DNA of 64,000 bases from positions 16,418-80,417 of the forward strand of contig JAHWGK010000002.1 of assembly GCA_020054495.1 (NCBI GenBank). Reading direction: 5' to 3'. Of this stretch, positions 49,470-59,067 are shown one piece after another. The notes beneath the pieces were generated by a model that saw only the letters and a list, made by a program, of their open reading frames with translations, was not told the origin of the DNA and did no database searches. The translations under genes were made by a program, and so were the position numbers. The stretch comes from Thermoplasmata archaeon (GTDB lineage Archaea > Thermoplasmatota > E2 > DHVEG-1). The first letter of the stretch is position 1. Each line of letters opens with the position of its first letter.

Positions 49470-49582
49470 AAATCTGCTATCCCAATCGATGCAGAGCATC
49501 GGGGCATTACGCAGATTTTCGAGACGGCAATTCTTCGTTGATAGATTCTCAGTCATCATCGGAGCAGAGCTCCGGGGTATTA
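49470..49582. other. structured RNA-like element: 9-bp outer stem enclosing a hairpin, plus a second covarying hairpin
   Basis: AAAATCTGC(49470-78)/GCAGATTTT(49511-19) flank CGATGC-AGA-GCATCG. The second copy CGGAGC-AGA-GCTCCG at 49556-70 has compensatory changes. Each is followed by GGGGYATTA. Locally GC-rich. Confidence 0.3.
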
Positions 49583-49589
49583 AACCCAT

Positions 49590-50822
49590 TTAGGAATAAA
49601 ATAACAATCTTTCCAGCAATGGAAATCTTTCAAGCAACGGGAAACGCTCTAACAACCCTGATAAAAGATTGTGGGTAACAATTTTATTTCTAGGCATATT
49701 CACCTCGAGTGTCCCCCATTCGCTTTCATTACCATATCGATCTGTAGCTTTAGCTCTAATTATATAATTACCCTCTTCATCCCAACTATGATCAAGAATT
49801 ATTTCCTCACCAGACTCATAGGGACCTACAACTACTTCTCCAGTGTCATCACTCCAGTTAATGCAGTAGTATAAAATATCAAAATCAGGATCTGCCGCAA
49901 CAAATGTATATGAATACACTTCTCCTGCAGTGCCATCTGTTTCACCAGTAATCGTTGGTTTGTCTGGTGCTCTATTTGGAACTGTTGGATACCCTGCTGC
50001 ATCCCAACCAGTAATTCCACCTGGCATGTTATAAATCGTTCCATTAAACTCATTATCAATAAGGATATTAGTTGCAATAATACTTCGAGCCCCTGAATGA
50101 CAGGTAAGAATAATTTCCATACCTTCATATAATTCTAAAAATTCTTGTAATTTAATCTCATCTTGCAGATCATTAAGGCAATGGTGTTTTGGATTTTCTG
50201 GAGAAGGTGTGTCAATATGCCAATCAATCCACTCTCCATCAGTTCTTACATCAATCGGAATTTGAATACCATTAGCAGTATCAGTTAAAAGATCCCATGC
50301 TTCTTCAACTGTAATGTTTGTATGACCGCCACTCATAGTAGGAAGCCCTGCATCTACCCAGGCAGACATTCCACCTAGCATGTTATAAATCGTTCCATTA
50401 AACTCATTATCAATAAGGATATTAGTTGCAATAAAACTTCGACCCCCTAAACCACAATAAAGAACAATTTCCATACCATCGTATAATGTCATAAATTGTT
50501 GTAACATGGTTTTATTCTGCAACAAGTTAAGACAAAAATGCCGTGGATTCTCTGGAATTGGAGTGTCTATACGAACAACAGCCCATTCTTGATTTGTTCT
50601 AACATCAATAGGAATTTGAATACCGTTACCAGTGTCAGATAATAGATCCCGTGCCTCTTCAACTGTTAAATTGGTATAATCATCATTTAATTTCTCAAAT
50701 AATAAATCACATTCTGATTTATATTGAACGTTTGTTGCGTTTACAGCCGATCCAAATATTAGCCCAAGCATTAAAACTGTAATATTTAGAACCAAGCATT
50801 TTTTTATAATATTTTTTTTCAT
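49590..50822 (-). CDS. secreted tandem-rhodanese sulfurtransferase-like protein with C-terminal beta-sandwich and LLERFP x3 tail
   Basis: 410 aa. Signal peptide. Two rhodanese domains with active-site Cys loops (YCGLGGRS, TCHSGARS). PKD/Ig-like region. Terminal LLERFPLLERFPLLERLL. Confidence 0.7.
   Translation of the reverse strand: MKKNIIKKCLVLNITVLMLGLIFGSAVNATNVQYKSECDLLFEKLNDDYTNLTVEEARDLLSDTGNGIQIPIDVRTNQEWAVVRIDTPIPENPRHFCLNLLQNKTMLQQFMTLYDGMEIVLYCGLGGRSFIATNILIDNEFNGTIYNMLGGMSAWVDAGLPTMSGGHTNITVEEAWDLLTDTANGIQIPIDVRTDGEWIDWHIDTPSPENPKHHCLNDLQDEIKLQEFLELYEGMEIILTCHSGARSIIATNILIDNEFNGTIYNMPGGITGWDAAGYPTVPNRAPDKPTITGETDGTAGEVYSYTFVAADPDFDILYYCINWSDDTGEVVVGPYESGEEIILDHSWDEEGNYIIRAKATDRYGNESEWGTLEVNMPRNKIVTHNLLSGLLERFPLLERFPLLERLLFYS
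50015..50484. repeat. intragenic tandem duplication (period 354 nt) within the rhodanese gene
   Basis: About 110-nt blocks at 50015-50125 and 50369-50479. A 60-nt core (gcatgttataaatcgttccattaaactcattatcaataaggatattagttgcaataa) is 100% identical. Confidence 0.7.
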
Positions 50823-51104
50823 GTTATTACCTCCCCATATTTCTATTAACCTATTTTTTTTAATTTTTACTTACCACGTGGTAAATATATTAATATTATA
50901 ATCCTATATAAATTTTTCCTACTAATAATATTCAATTTTTTAAGCCAAAAGCATCAAATTTTTCCTTAGAAAAAACTGATTTAGTTATTTAATATGATTT
51001 CTCTTTTTCAGATACATATTTAGATATTTACTCGCTCCTAATACAATTGACAATTATTAAATATAGATATATATTCCATATTATTCGTTAATGGTTACTT
51101 GTGA

Positions 51105-51437
51105 TTGAATATGAAAACACCGTGTGAGATAATTGTGTGGAATATTGTACCTGTAATCAAGAAGGAAATAGCAAAGAGTTTAATTAACGAATTTAGATTT
51201 AATCAAAAGATAACGGCAGAAAAATTAGGTACTACTGAAGCAGCAGTTTCTAGATATATATCTGGAAAAAGAGGTGCATTGGAGATTACTGATAAGGATA
51301 TTTTGAATGAAATTAGTAAATCTGCTAGAAGAATAGCTAATAAAAATAGTTCTGTTTTAATAATGGAAATCTGTAGAATTTGTCGACTTTTCAGGAGTAA
51401 AGAAATTATTGATGGAATTGATTATGAATGTGATTAA
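51105..51437 (+). CDS. HTH transcriptional regulator with C-terminal CxxC zinc ribbon (paralog of 26379..26714)
   Basis: 110 aa. GTTEAAVSRYISGKRG HTH. CRICRLF...C. Same architecture as 26379..26714. Confidence 0.5.
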   Translation: MNMKTPCEIIVWNIVPVIKKEIAKSLINEFRFNQKITAEKLGTTEAAVSRYISGKRGALEITDKDILNEISKSARRIANKNSSVLIMEICRICRLFRSKEIIDGIDYECD

Positions 51438-51599
51438 AATAAAACTTATTTAACCCAAGTTAAACTTGGTATTTGCCCAATTTACTTATACCTATTTCAT
51501 CCCCCCCAACTTTCTTAGATCATTGTGGACGCCTACGTATGTTTTGTTAATACATATACCGATATCATCCCAACAATGAAAGCAATTGTCTACAAGAGG

Positions 51600-51794
51600 C
51601 TAATTTATTTTATGAATAGTTACTGTTCCATCGTTTAGAACAATCCATCGCAACTTATCACCATTTTCTAAATCTAAAATTTCAACAACCTCAGAAGGCA
51701 CTGTTATCCTTCTTCTTGAGCCACGAATTGTAATTGCTGCCTCCTTAATACATCTAACATCATCCAGTTCAATCTTTATGAAAGCCACCAACAA
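51600..51794 (-). CDS. AbrB/SpoVT-type swapped-hairpin DNA-binding protein
   Basis: 64 aa. RITVPSEVVEILDLENGDKL. Last gene of the pst operon direction. Confidence 0.55.
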   Translation of the reverse strand: MLVAFIKIELDDVRCIKEAAITIRGSRRRITVPSEVVEILDLENGDKLRWIVLNDGTVTIHKIN

Positions 51795-51953
51795 AGAAAG
51801 GGAAATCGATTACAAATATTTTGTTATTTCTACAATACAGTTTGGTAATTAATCAGTAATGAATTGTAAACTCAACTATACGGCATGCTGATTAGATAGT
51901 AAACAGTCAGTTATCACCATCAACTGTAATAAAATTTGAACAAATCGGGCTTT

Positions 51954-52727
51954 TTAACTTATGTCTCCATCAATATACGCTTTTGTTTTAGGATCTTTAG
52001 GATTGTTAAAAACCTCGTCTGCTGGTCCTTGTTCAACAACCTTGCCAAAGTATAGGAAAACCACATGATCGGCAAGTCTTTTCGCTTGACGTAGTGTATG
52101 CGTCACGAGTACCACAGTATACTCCTTTTTTAATTTTAAGAGAAGTTTTTCAATCTGCTGCGCAGCAATCGGATCTAGGGCAGACGTTGGTTCATCACAT
52201 AATACTACTTCTGGTTCTACCGCTATAGCCCTTGCCAAACACAGACGTTGTTGTTGCCCTACTGAAAGTCGTGATGCAGGATCATGAAGTCTATCCTTTA
52301 CTTCATTCCATAGGCCTGCTTCTTGTAAGTAATGTTTAACGGCACTATCTAACTCCTTTGCATTTTTCTTACCATGAATTCTCAATCCATATGCAACGTT
52401 ATTATAAATTGACATTGGCAAAGGATATGGTTTTTGTGAAAGTAATCCCATTTTTTTTCTCATATCTGGAACATCTACCCTAGAATCAAAAATATTTTCA
52501 CCATCAACAAGTATTTCCCCTGAAGTTTTGATGTTATCCCTTAGATCTAGCAACCTATTAAACGATTTTAACAAGGTTGTCTTCCCACAGCCAGAGGGAC
52601 CAATAATAGCAGTAAGTTGTTTTGTTGGGATTTCTATATTAACATTTTTTAGAACATAATTATTATCATAGTATACATTAAGGTTTTTGGTTTCTATATG
52701 TATATGTATATCTGATTTTTTAATCAT
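51954..52727 (-). CDS. pstB: phosphate ABC transporter ATP-binding protein
   Basis: 257 aa. Walker A GPSGCGKTT, signature LSVGQQQRL, Walker B VLCDEPTSALD. Confidence 0.9.
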   Translation of the reverse strand: MIKKSDIHIHIETKNLNVYYDNNYVLKNVNIEIPTKQLTAIIGPSGCGKTTLLKSFNRLLDLRDNIKTSGEILVDGENIFDSRVDVPDMRKKMGLLSQKPYPLPMSIYNNVAYGLRIHGKKNAKELDSAVKHYLQEAGLWNEVKDRLHDPASRLSVGQQQRLCLARAIAVEPEVVLCDEPTSALDPIAAQQIEKLLLKLKKEYTVVLVTHTLRQAKRLADHVVFLYFGKVVEQGPADEVFNNPKDPKTKAYIDGDIS

Positions 52728-52740
52728 AGTTAATCCTCTT

Positions 52741-53598
52741 TTATCTTATTACAAATTTTGTATATCTTTTTGACAATGCCCTAGATACTATACTAATTGA
52801 AAGAACAATTACCACCAGTATAAACGCTGCAGCATACGCCCTCTGTCGAACCAATGGATAAGGTGAAGCATATAGATGATAAATCATCGTAGGGAGAGCA
52901 GCCGTTGAATCAAAAAGCGATCCAGGAATACGATCTGAAAAACCAGCGGTGAACAAAATAGAGGCAGCATCACCAATTCCTCTACCAAGCCCCAAGAGAA
53001 CTCCAGCAATAATTCCTGGGAGTGCCTGTCTCCGTACAACCTTCACTGCGGTCTCAAATTTCGTTGATCCCAACGAATATGCCCCTTCTTTAAGCTCAAT
53101 AGAGACCATCTTAATTGATTCATCCATATATCTTGTAATTATAGGGATTTCAAGTAAGGTTAATGCTATAATTCCAGCAAGCAATGATGTTCCAATTCCT
53201 ATAAATACCATAATCATGAGACAAAAAATCCCATATACTATTGATGGTATGCCCCATAGGATATCAAGAGACAATCGAATAAATGCAGATATCCTAGGAT
53301 GAGTAAATTCTCTTTGGAGATATAATGCAATTCCTAACCCTATTAAACACGCTAGAGCCGTAGCAGGCAACGCAAGAAACAAAGAGCCAAGTATAGCATT
53401 TAATATTCCACCACCCCGTCCTAAATAATATCCTCCACCTGATGTCTGAGTAAACATTTCTATAGTAAGTGACGAGCCGCCGTTAAAAACGACCAGTCCA
53501 ATAATGATTACCAAGCTACCCATTACTATAAAAACAGAGGCGAGCATAAGTATTTTAAAAATCTTTTCCTCAAGAATACGTCTATTCAATAACTCCAC
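52741..53598 (-). CDS. pstA: phosphate ABC transporter permease PstA
   Basis: 285 aa polytopic. Overlaps pstC by 13 nt. Confidence 0.85.
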   Translation of the reverse strand: MELLNRRILEEKIFKILMLASVFIVMGSLVIIIGLVVFNGGSSLTIEMFTQTSGGGYYLGRGGGILNAILGSLFLALPATALACLIGLGIALYLQREFTHPRISAFIRLSLDILWGIPSIVYGIFCLMIMVFIGIGTSLLAGIIALTLLEIPIITRYMDESIKMVSIELKEGAYSLGSTKFETAVKVVRRQALPGIIAGVLLGLGRGIGDAASILFTAGFSDRIPGSLFDSTAALPTMIYHLYASPYPLVRQRAYAAAFILVVIVLSISIVSRALSKRYTKFVIR

Positions 53599-54479
53599 CT
53601 CCTCTTAGCTCTTCTAAGAACAACTACTGCTAAGACATTAAACAACAATACTACGACAAACAGAATCAATGCTACCAACATAAGCGCCGACTCATAAAGA
53701 GGCACTGACATCATTTCACCATATGCAGAGGCTATCAATGAAGCTAGTGTCTGCCCAGGATGCAACAAAGAAGAGGGTATCCTAGGAATTCCGCCAACCA
53801 CCATGTTCACAGCTATTGTCTCACCAAAAGCCCTCCCAAAACCAAGCAATACTGCAGAAATAATACTAGGTGCAGAAGCGCGAAAGATAACTTTTTTTAC
53901 AGTTTCCCATTTCGTCGCTCCTACAGACAACGATGCCTCCTTCAGCTCAATAGGTATAGCACTAAATGATTCTACACACAATGAGATAATTATAGGAAAA
54001 ACCATTATCGCCAAGGTTACAGATGCTGTAAGTATACACAGACCCGTACTTTCTATACCAAACCATGGTGCTATCACGTCCTTGACCAGTGGCACCAGAA
54101 AAAGAAATGCGCACAACCCGTAGACAACAGAAGGAACACCGGCAAGTACATCAAGAAAAGGTCTGATCACCCGCCTAATTTTTCCAGGGGCATACTCAGC
54201 AATATAAACTGCACTGAGCAAAGAAATTGGTATCGCAATAATGAGGGAAATCCCAGTTACTAATATGGTTCCAATAATGATTGGATAAAGACCAAACTCA
54301 CCCTTTTCAGGATTCCATAATGAAGAAAATAATAATTCGGCGATAGACTGAGTTTCCAAAATGAATATAGACTTATACAATAGAATTAAGAATATCGCGA
54401 AAAATAAAAGAGAAGCAAATATCGTAACCGTAAACATCAGTTTTGTGCCAATGAAATCACGCAACTTTCTCTTATTCAT
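53586..54479 (-). CDS. pstC: phosphate ABC transporter permease PstC
   Basis: 297 aa polytopic, same fold pattern as PstA. Confidence 0.85.
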   Translation of the reverse strand: MNKRKLRDFIGTKLMFTVTIFASLLFFAIFLILLYKSIFILETQSIAELLFSSLWNPEKGEFGLYPIIIGTILVTGISLIIAIPISLLSAVYIAEYAPGKIRRVIRPFLDVLAGVPSVVYGLCAFLFLVPLVKDVIAPWFGIESTGLCILTASVTLAIMVFPIIISLCVESFSAIPIELKEASLSVGATKWETVKKVIFRASAPSIISAVLLGFGRAFGETIAVNMVVGGIPRIPSSLLHPGQTLASLIASAYGEMMSVPLYESALMLVALILFVVVLLFNVLAVVVLRRAKRRWSY

Positions 54480-54530
54480 GATGAATTCTTTTCCCTCAAA
54501 TATTGGAATATAAGGATAACCGGAATTTTC

Positions 54531-55554
54531 CTAGGTAGTCTCTGGTCTTTCTCCTTGTTCTAGATACTCCATCTGTTCACCAATCATATCTTCGGATAAC
54601 TGGATATAACCATTATCAGGGACATATTGCTGCCCATCTGTTAAAATCCAGTAAACAAACTCCTTTGCCACCCCGGTGAAGCTGTTTTTTGTCACTAAAT
54701 GTAGAGCTCTTGCTGGTGGAGATGGATATACATTACTAGCTATTGCATTCACAATATTGGTTCTGTTATCATAAAAATTCTCGTTCTCATCTAGTATACC
54801 ATTCTCATCCAAATCTATAGGAACAGGCTTTATCCCATTAAATGGTTTTTTTGTCTCTGGATCATATACAAAGTTAATGTTATTATACCCTATGCCACGT
54901 TTATCTCCTTGTACGGTTGCAGCAAGATTCGGATCTCCATTTATAGCTGAATCCGCTGCATTTGTCAGATCATCTTGTGTATACTCTCCAAGGTATTTTG
55001 CCCATGTTTTAGCAGCACCACATGCATCAGATCGAGTATATACCCTAATTTTATCTGTCACAGCAGGATTATCAACTAGTTCTCCCCATGTTTTGATGTT
55101 TCGTGTAATGAATATGTCTACAAACTGCTGTTTTGTAATACCTCTTGTAAGGATGGTATTAGCTACAGGATTATCTGTATTAATCGTTGCAAGCACAGCG
55201 TCTTTTGCAACAGAAACCCAAAATATTCCCTGATCTATTTCCGACTGATATATGTCTCTTGAGACCATGCCTATATCCACAATTCCCTGGATAGCATCTG
55301 ACATCCCCTTGCCGGCACCACCGGCAGATACATCAATTTTAACCTCTGGATGAATTTTTCCATATTCCTCAGTCCATATACCCATCATTGGATAAAGGGC
55401 AAACGCACCTGATACTTTTATTGTGTTTTTCTGTTCGCCTATGCAGCCACATGTGCTAACAACTCCGAGCATAACAATGATTAGAACCGCGCCTATTTTC
55501 ATTATTTCATTCCGTGTTTGCTTCTCTTTTGTATATTTCTTCATTTCAATCATA
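54531..55554 (-). CDS. pstS: phosphate-binding protein PstS (lipoprotein-like)
   Basis: Start moved to MIEMKKY (GGAGG 7 nt upstream). Signal/TM plus Cys lipobox-like STCGC. PBP domain (SAGGAGKGMSDA). Confidence 0.8.
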
Positions 55555-55835
55555 TAAAAACCTCCTTCTGTTCCATATTTATTCCCGAAATACTCGCTAG
55601 GAATAATGCAAATCGTGTTGAACAAGACATTGTCATAAGACATTATTATGTAATAACCCATATTTAAAACTATTGGTAATTTTCATATATCAAACCAAAT
55701 TAATCCAAGTTTAATGGTTTTAATCCAATTTATCCAGGTTCTGTTGGAATGACAGGTTGGAAAAATCTGCTAAGTATGATTTATAATGAATTGCTATATT
55801 CCATCGATTTTTATGACTCTCTTCATCTTGTGGAA

Positions 55836-56597
55836 CTAGGAGCATTGTTTACATAGTGTTTTAAATTTACACCAATCACACAACCTTGAAGGATTTGCAG
55901 GGAACTTTTCAGCGTTCTCGATAACATCTATTAATTCAATAGTGTCCTGTTTTAATTCTTCAAGCCCATCATCTGTTCTAGTGGCATCAATCTCCTTGTT
56001 GAATTTTAGGAAATGTCAAATCAAACGAACATCTTTGATATCTGGATATCTCTGTTTTATGCCAATTGAATAGAGTGCCAACTGTCTATCATTTTCAATA
56101 GTTTCTAAAGAAGGCAACCGTGAGCATGTCTTATAATCGTGTATCTCATAACAACCATCCTCTATCTCTGTAAGTCTATCAATATAACCACATAGTTTGT
56201 ACTCACCAGATTCATCTAGATTTATGAGAATACGTTCTTCAAGCGCAATAGTTCTTCCCTGATCAAATGGTTTATACATTTTGTAGTAGTTAGTGATACA
56301 TCTTTCAGCTATCAACAGATAGTCTTTAGGACGATATTTCTCCTTTACAATCACAATCAAGTCATTCCAGTTTTTAGTCCATCGAATATGTAAAAAAACA
56401 AGCAAATCTTCCAAAGTATTTTCTTTTTGATATTGAATATCACGATATAATTTTTTCAAGGTTTCATGGACTCTTTTACCAAGAAATAGTTCAATGCTTT
56501 CTCTTGTTTCTGTTTTTACCTTGTCAGTATATTGGAGTTTATATTTTTGTGGACATTGTTCATAGCAGCTTAAACGGGAATGAGAACAAATTGTCAT
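55836..56597 (-). pseudogene. Cas4/RecB-like PD-(D/E)XK nuclease interrupted by in-frame TGA (56016-56018)
   Basis: The 193-aa ORF carries N-terminal Cys (YEQCPQKY), catalytic D...EIHDYKT and QLALY. The same frame after the TGA encodes 59 aa ending with the Fe-S motif CDWCKFKTLC. Confidence 0.55.
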
Positions 56598-56770
56598 AAA
56601 ATATCACATCTTGCGACTGCAAAATTATTTTTGAAAACGTTCTTCAGCAACTCAATAAATGTAAGTTGCTTTAGTTCAGAAAAAGAAAGAAAAAAGGGTT
56701 TAAATTGCGGTTTAATAACCACCTTAAGAATAAAAAAAAAGAATGGTTTAACCTGATACTTTTTATGATA

Positions 56771-57472
56771 TTATTCAGTAATTTCAAATGTATAATGCTC
56801 TGTTTCGAGTGTGCCTAGCCAGATTTTAGGGAATTCTGAAGTTAGTGAAGGGATTGGTAGAAATGATTTATATGCTGCGTAAATTCCATAAGCTCCAGGA
56901 ATGAAGTCGTAAGGTACGGGTACTTGAGAAGAAACATCTGTTGCAGAGTTTAGAATACCAAATAATCCACATTTTATATCTATTTCAATTGAGCTAGAAT
57001 CTTCTGGATATAATGTCAATAATTGCACATTATTAGGATCAACTGGGCCTATGAATTGAATTTCAAATCCATCTGGTGTACGAATGAAGAAATCAATAGT
57101 CCCAACTTTAAAATTCATTTCACTAACATAAATGATTTCATAATCAATATTAGTCAAAGTTGCTCGTACGAAAATTGGCTCCTCTAGCTTATATTCTTCT
57201 TTGCCGGAGATATCAAACAATAATTTGGGAGGTGCTGTGTCAGAATCTGGTTTTGGTGGTTCTACAGATTGAAAATTATCAAAGAATTTAGCTAAAATTG
57301 GGAATGTATTACAGATTTTACTAATAAAATCAAAAATCTTACTTTGAAATACAGTTTTTATTCCAATCACTTTCGTTTCATCAACTGAATTTTGAGCCAT
57401 AGCAACTGTAGAAATTGAGGCGCAAAAAAGTAAAGTTACTAGCATAATTGTTACAAATTTTTTATATTTCAT
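56771..57472 (-). CDS. secreted hypothetical protein
   Basis: 233 aa with N-terminal signal peptide (LVTLLFCASISTVAMA). No recognisable domain. Confidence 0.45.
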   Translation of the reverse strand: MKYKKFVTIMLVTLLFCASISTVAMAQNSVDETKVIGIKTVFQSKIFDFISKICNTFPILAKFFDNFQSVEPPKPDSDTAPPKLLFDISGKEEYKLEEPIFVRATLTNIDYEIIYVSEMNFKVGTIDFFIRTPDGFEIQFIGPVDPNNVQLLTLYPEDSSSIEIDIKCGLFGILNSATDVSSQVPVPYDFIPGAYGIYAAYKSFLPIPSLTSEFPKIWLGTLETEHYTFEITE

Positions 57473-57567
57473 ATTTTTACCTCTGTCTTTATTTATATTT
57501 TTATTTTAACATTTATATATATTTATGATTATTTATAAAACTTTCGTTTATTAATAGACAAAAAAAT

Positions 57568-58887
57568 TTAGTAAAAAACAAGCGTATCATCAATGATTTC
57601 AAGTGCTTTATCAATTTCCTCAGAAGAAATAATCAATGGTGGACGGAATCTAATTGTATTTGCTCCACATCCAATAACGATTAAACCATTTGCATATAAT
57701 TTGTCTTTCAGCTCATTCCTCTTTTTGGCGTTTGGTAGATCAAACGCACACATAAGACCTAGTCCTCGAACATTAGATATTTTATCTTGATGCTTTTGAG
57801 CAAGTTTTTCAAGACCTTCTAAAAGACGTTTTCCCTGCAATTCTGCATTTTTTATTAGATTCTCTTCTTTTATCACTTCAAGATATTTTTGGCAGCGAAC
57901 CATATCAACAAGATTTCCACCCCAGGTAGAGTTGAGTCTACTTGAAATATTAAAAACATTTTCTTTGATTTCATCTACCCGATTACTAACCATAATCCCG
58001 CATACTTGTGTTTTTTTTCCAAAGGCAAGTATATCAGGCGTAAAACCAAAATGTTCGTGAGCCCACATCTTACCAGTCAGTCCAACACCAGTTTGTATTT
58101 CATCTAATATGAACATCATTTCATGTTTGTCACAAAGTCTTCTCAGCTCTAAGAAAAATTCTTTTCTAAAATGATTATCTCCACCCTCACCCTGAATAGG
58201 TTCAATAATAAGAGCGGCAATATCATTTGGATTTTCTGAAATAGCGGTTTCTATTTCAGATACTGCCTGTTTTTCAAGTTCTTTTACTTTTTCTAGGTTT
58301 TCTTTGTTTAAAGGATATGTAATCTTTGGATTTATGATACGTGGCCAATTAAATTTTGTAAAATATTTAGTCTTATCAGTATTAAACGTATTTGTCATTG
58401 AAAGTGTATAACCTGTTCTACCATGGAATGCTTCGTTAAAATGTATGACTTTTGTGCCAAGTTTTTCACTGTCTTCTTTTTCAATGTTTTTTCTCACCTT
58501 CCAGTCAAATGCAGTTTTCAATCCGTTCTCAACTGCTAGTGCACCACCACTGATAAAAAAAAGATGTTTGAAATAATTTGGCACTGCATGTTTTGCAAAA
58601 CTATTAACAAATTCTGACATTTCTGTAGTATATATATCAGAGTTGGTTGGCTTGTTTACTGCAACTTCTCCAATTTTTTTTATAAACTCTGGAGTGGTAA
58701 GTTTAGGATGATTACAACCTAGGGGGGCTGAAGCAAAAAAGGAGAAACAATCAATCATATATCTCCCAGTTCTTGAATCATAGATTTGGCATCCCTTGCT
58801 TTTTTTTAAATCTAAAACAAGGTCAAAACCATCTGCAAGTATATATTTGGCGAGTGTTTTATGTACATTTGTTGGCTCAATTGTCAT
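57568..58887 (-). CDS. lat: L-lysine epsilon-aminotransferase (class III PLP aminotransferase)
   Basis: 439 aa. Close block-by-block match to characterised LAT (DLVLDL, FFISGGALAVENGLKTAFDWK, EPIQGEGGD, PDILAFGKKTQVCG, NSTWGGNL, GLMCAF, IRFRPPL). Confidence 0.85.
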   Translation of the reverse strand: MTIEPTNVHKTLAKYILADGFDLVLDLKKSKGCQIYDSRTGRYMIDCFSFFASAPLGCNHPKLTTPEFIKKIGEVAVNKPTNSDIYTTEMSEFVNSFAKHAVPNYFKHLFFISGGALAVENGLKTAFDWKVRKNIEKEDSEKLGTKVIHFNEAFHGRTGYTLSMTNTFNTDKTKYFTKFNWPRIINPKITYPLNKENLEKVKELEKQAVSEIETAISENPNDIAALIIEPIQGEGGDNHFRKEFFLELRRLCDKHEMMFILDEIQTGVGLTGKMWAHEHFGFTPDILAFGKKTQVCGIMVSNRVDEIKENVFNISSRLNSTWGGNLVDMVRCQKYLEVIKEENLIKNAELQGKRLLEGLEKLAQKHQDKISNVRGLGLMCAFDLPNAKKRNELKDKLYANGLIVIGCGANTIRFRPPLIISSEEIDKALEIIDDTLVFY

Positions 58888-59067
58888 TATATCTTTATTC
58901 CCCCTTAAAATTGTTTTTTTACTTGTTAGAGCGCTATATCTCGTGCTTATAAAACGGTATCGGTAGTTTTTAAGAAATAATTAAAATTAGATTGAGAGAG
59001 GGGGAGGTGGAGGTAGAAAAGGGAGGATTTAGATGAGCTGATTACCCCTCTCTCACAGTATGGCGCT

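Noticed and set aside
49480-49585. tRNA gene in the GC-rich patch after glyS, and in other GC-rich patches
   Set aside because: No cloverleaf could be assembled (no GTTCRANYC T-loop or acceptor/anticodon stem pairing). Two simple hairpins fit better.
49590-49670. LLERFP x3 nucleotide region as a CRISPR-like or DNA tandem repeat
   Set aside because: The repeat exists only at the peptide level (different codons). No spacer-repeat architecture is present. No CRISPR array is found anywhere in the window.
49463-49678. 71-aa plus-strand ORF after glyS
   Set aside because: Overlaps the hairpin/inverted-repeat element. Composition is atypical and there is no RBS. More likely non-coding.
56016-56018. 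Selenocysteine at the in-frame TGA of the nuclease
   Set aside because: Position is not a known catalytic Cys/Sec site. TGA is used as an ordinary stop by neighbouring genes (lysW, hrb). A pseudogene or sequencing error is more likely.
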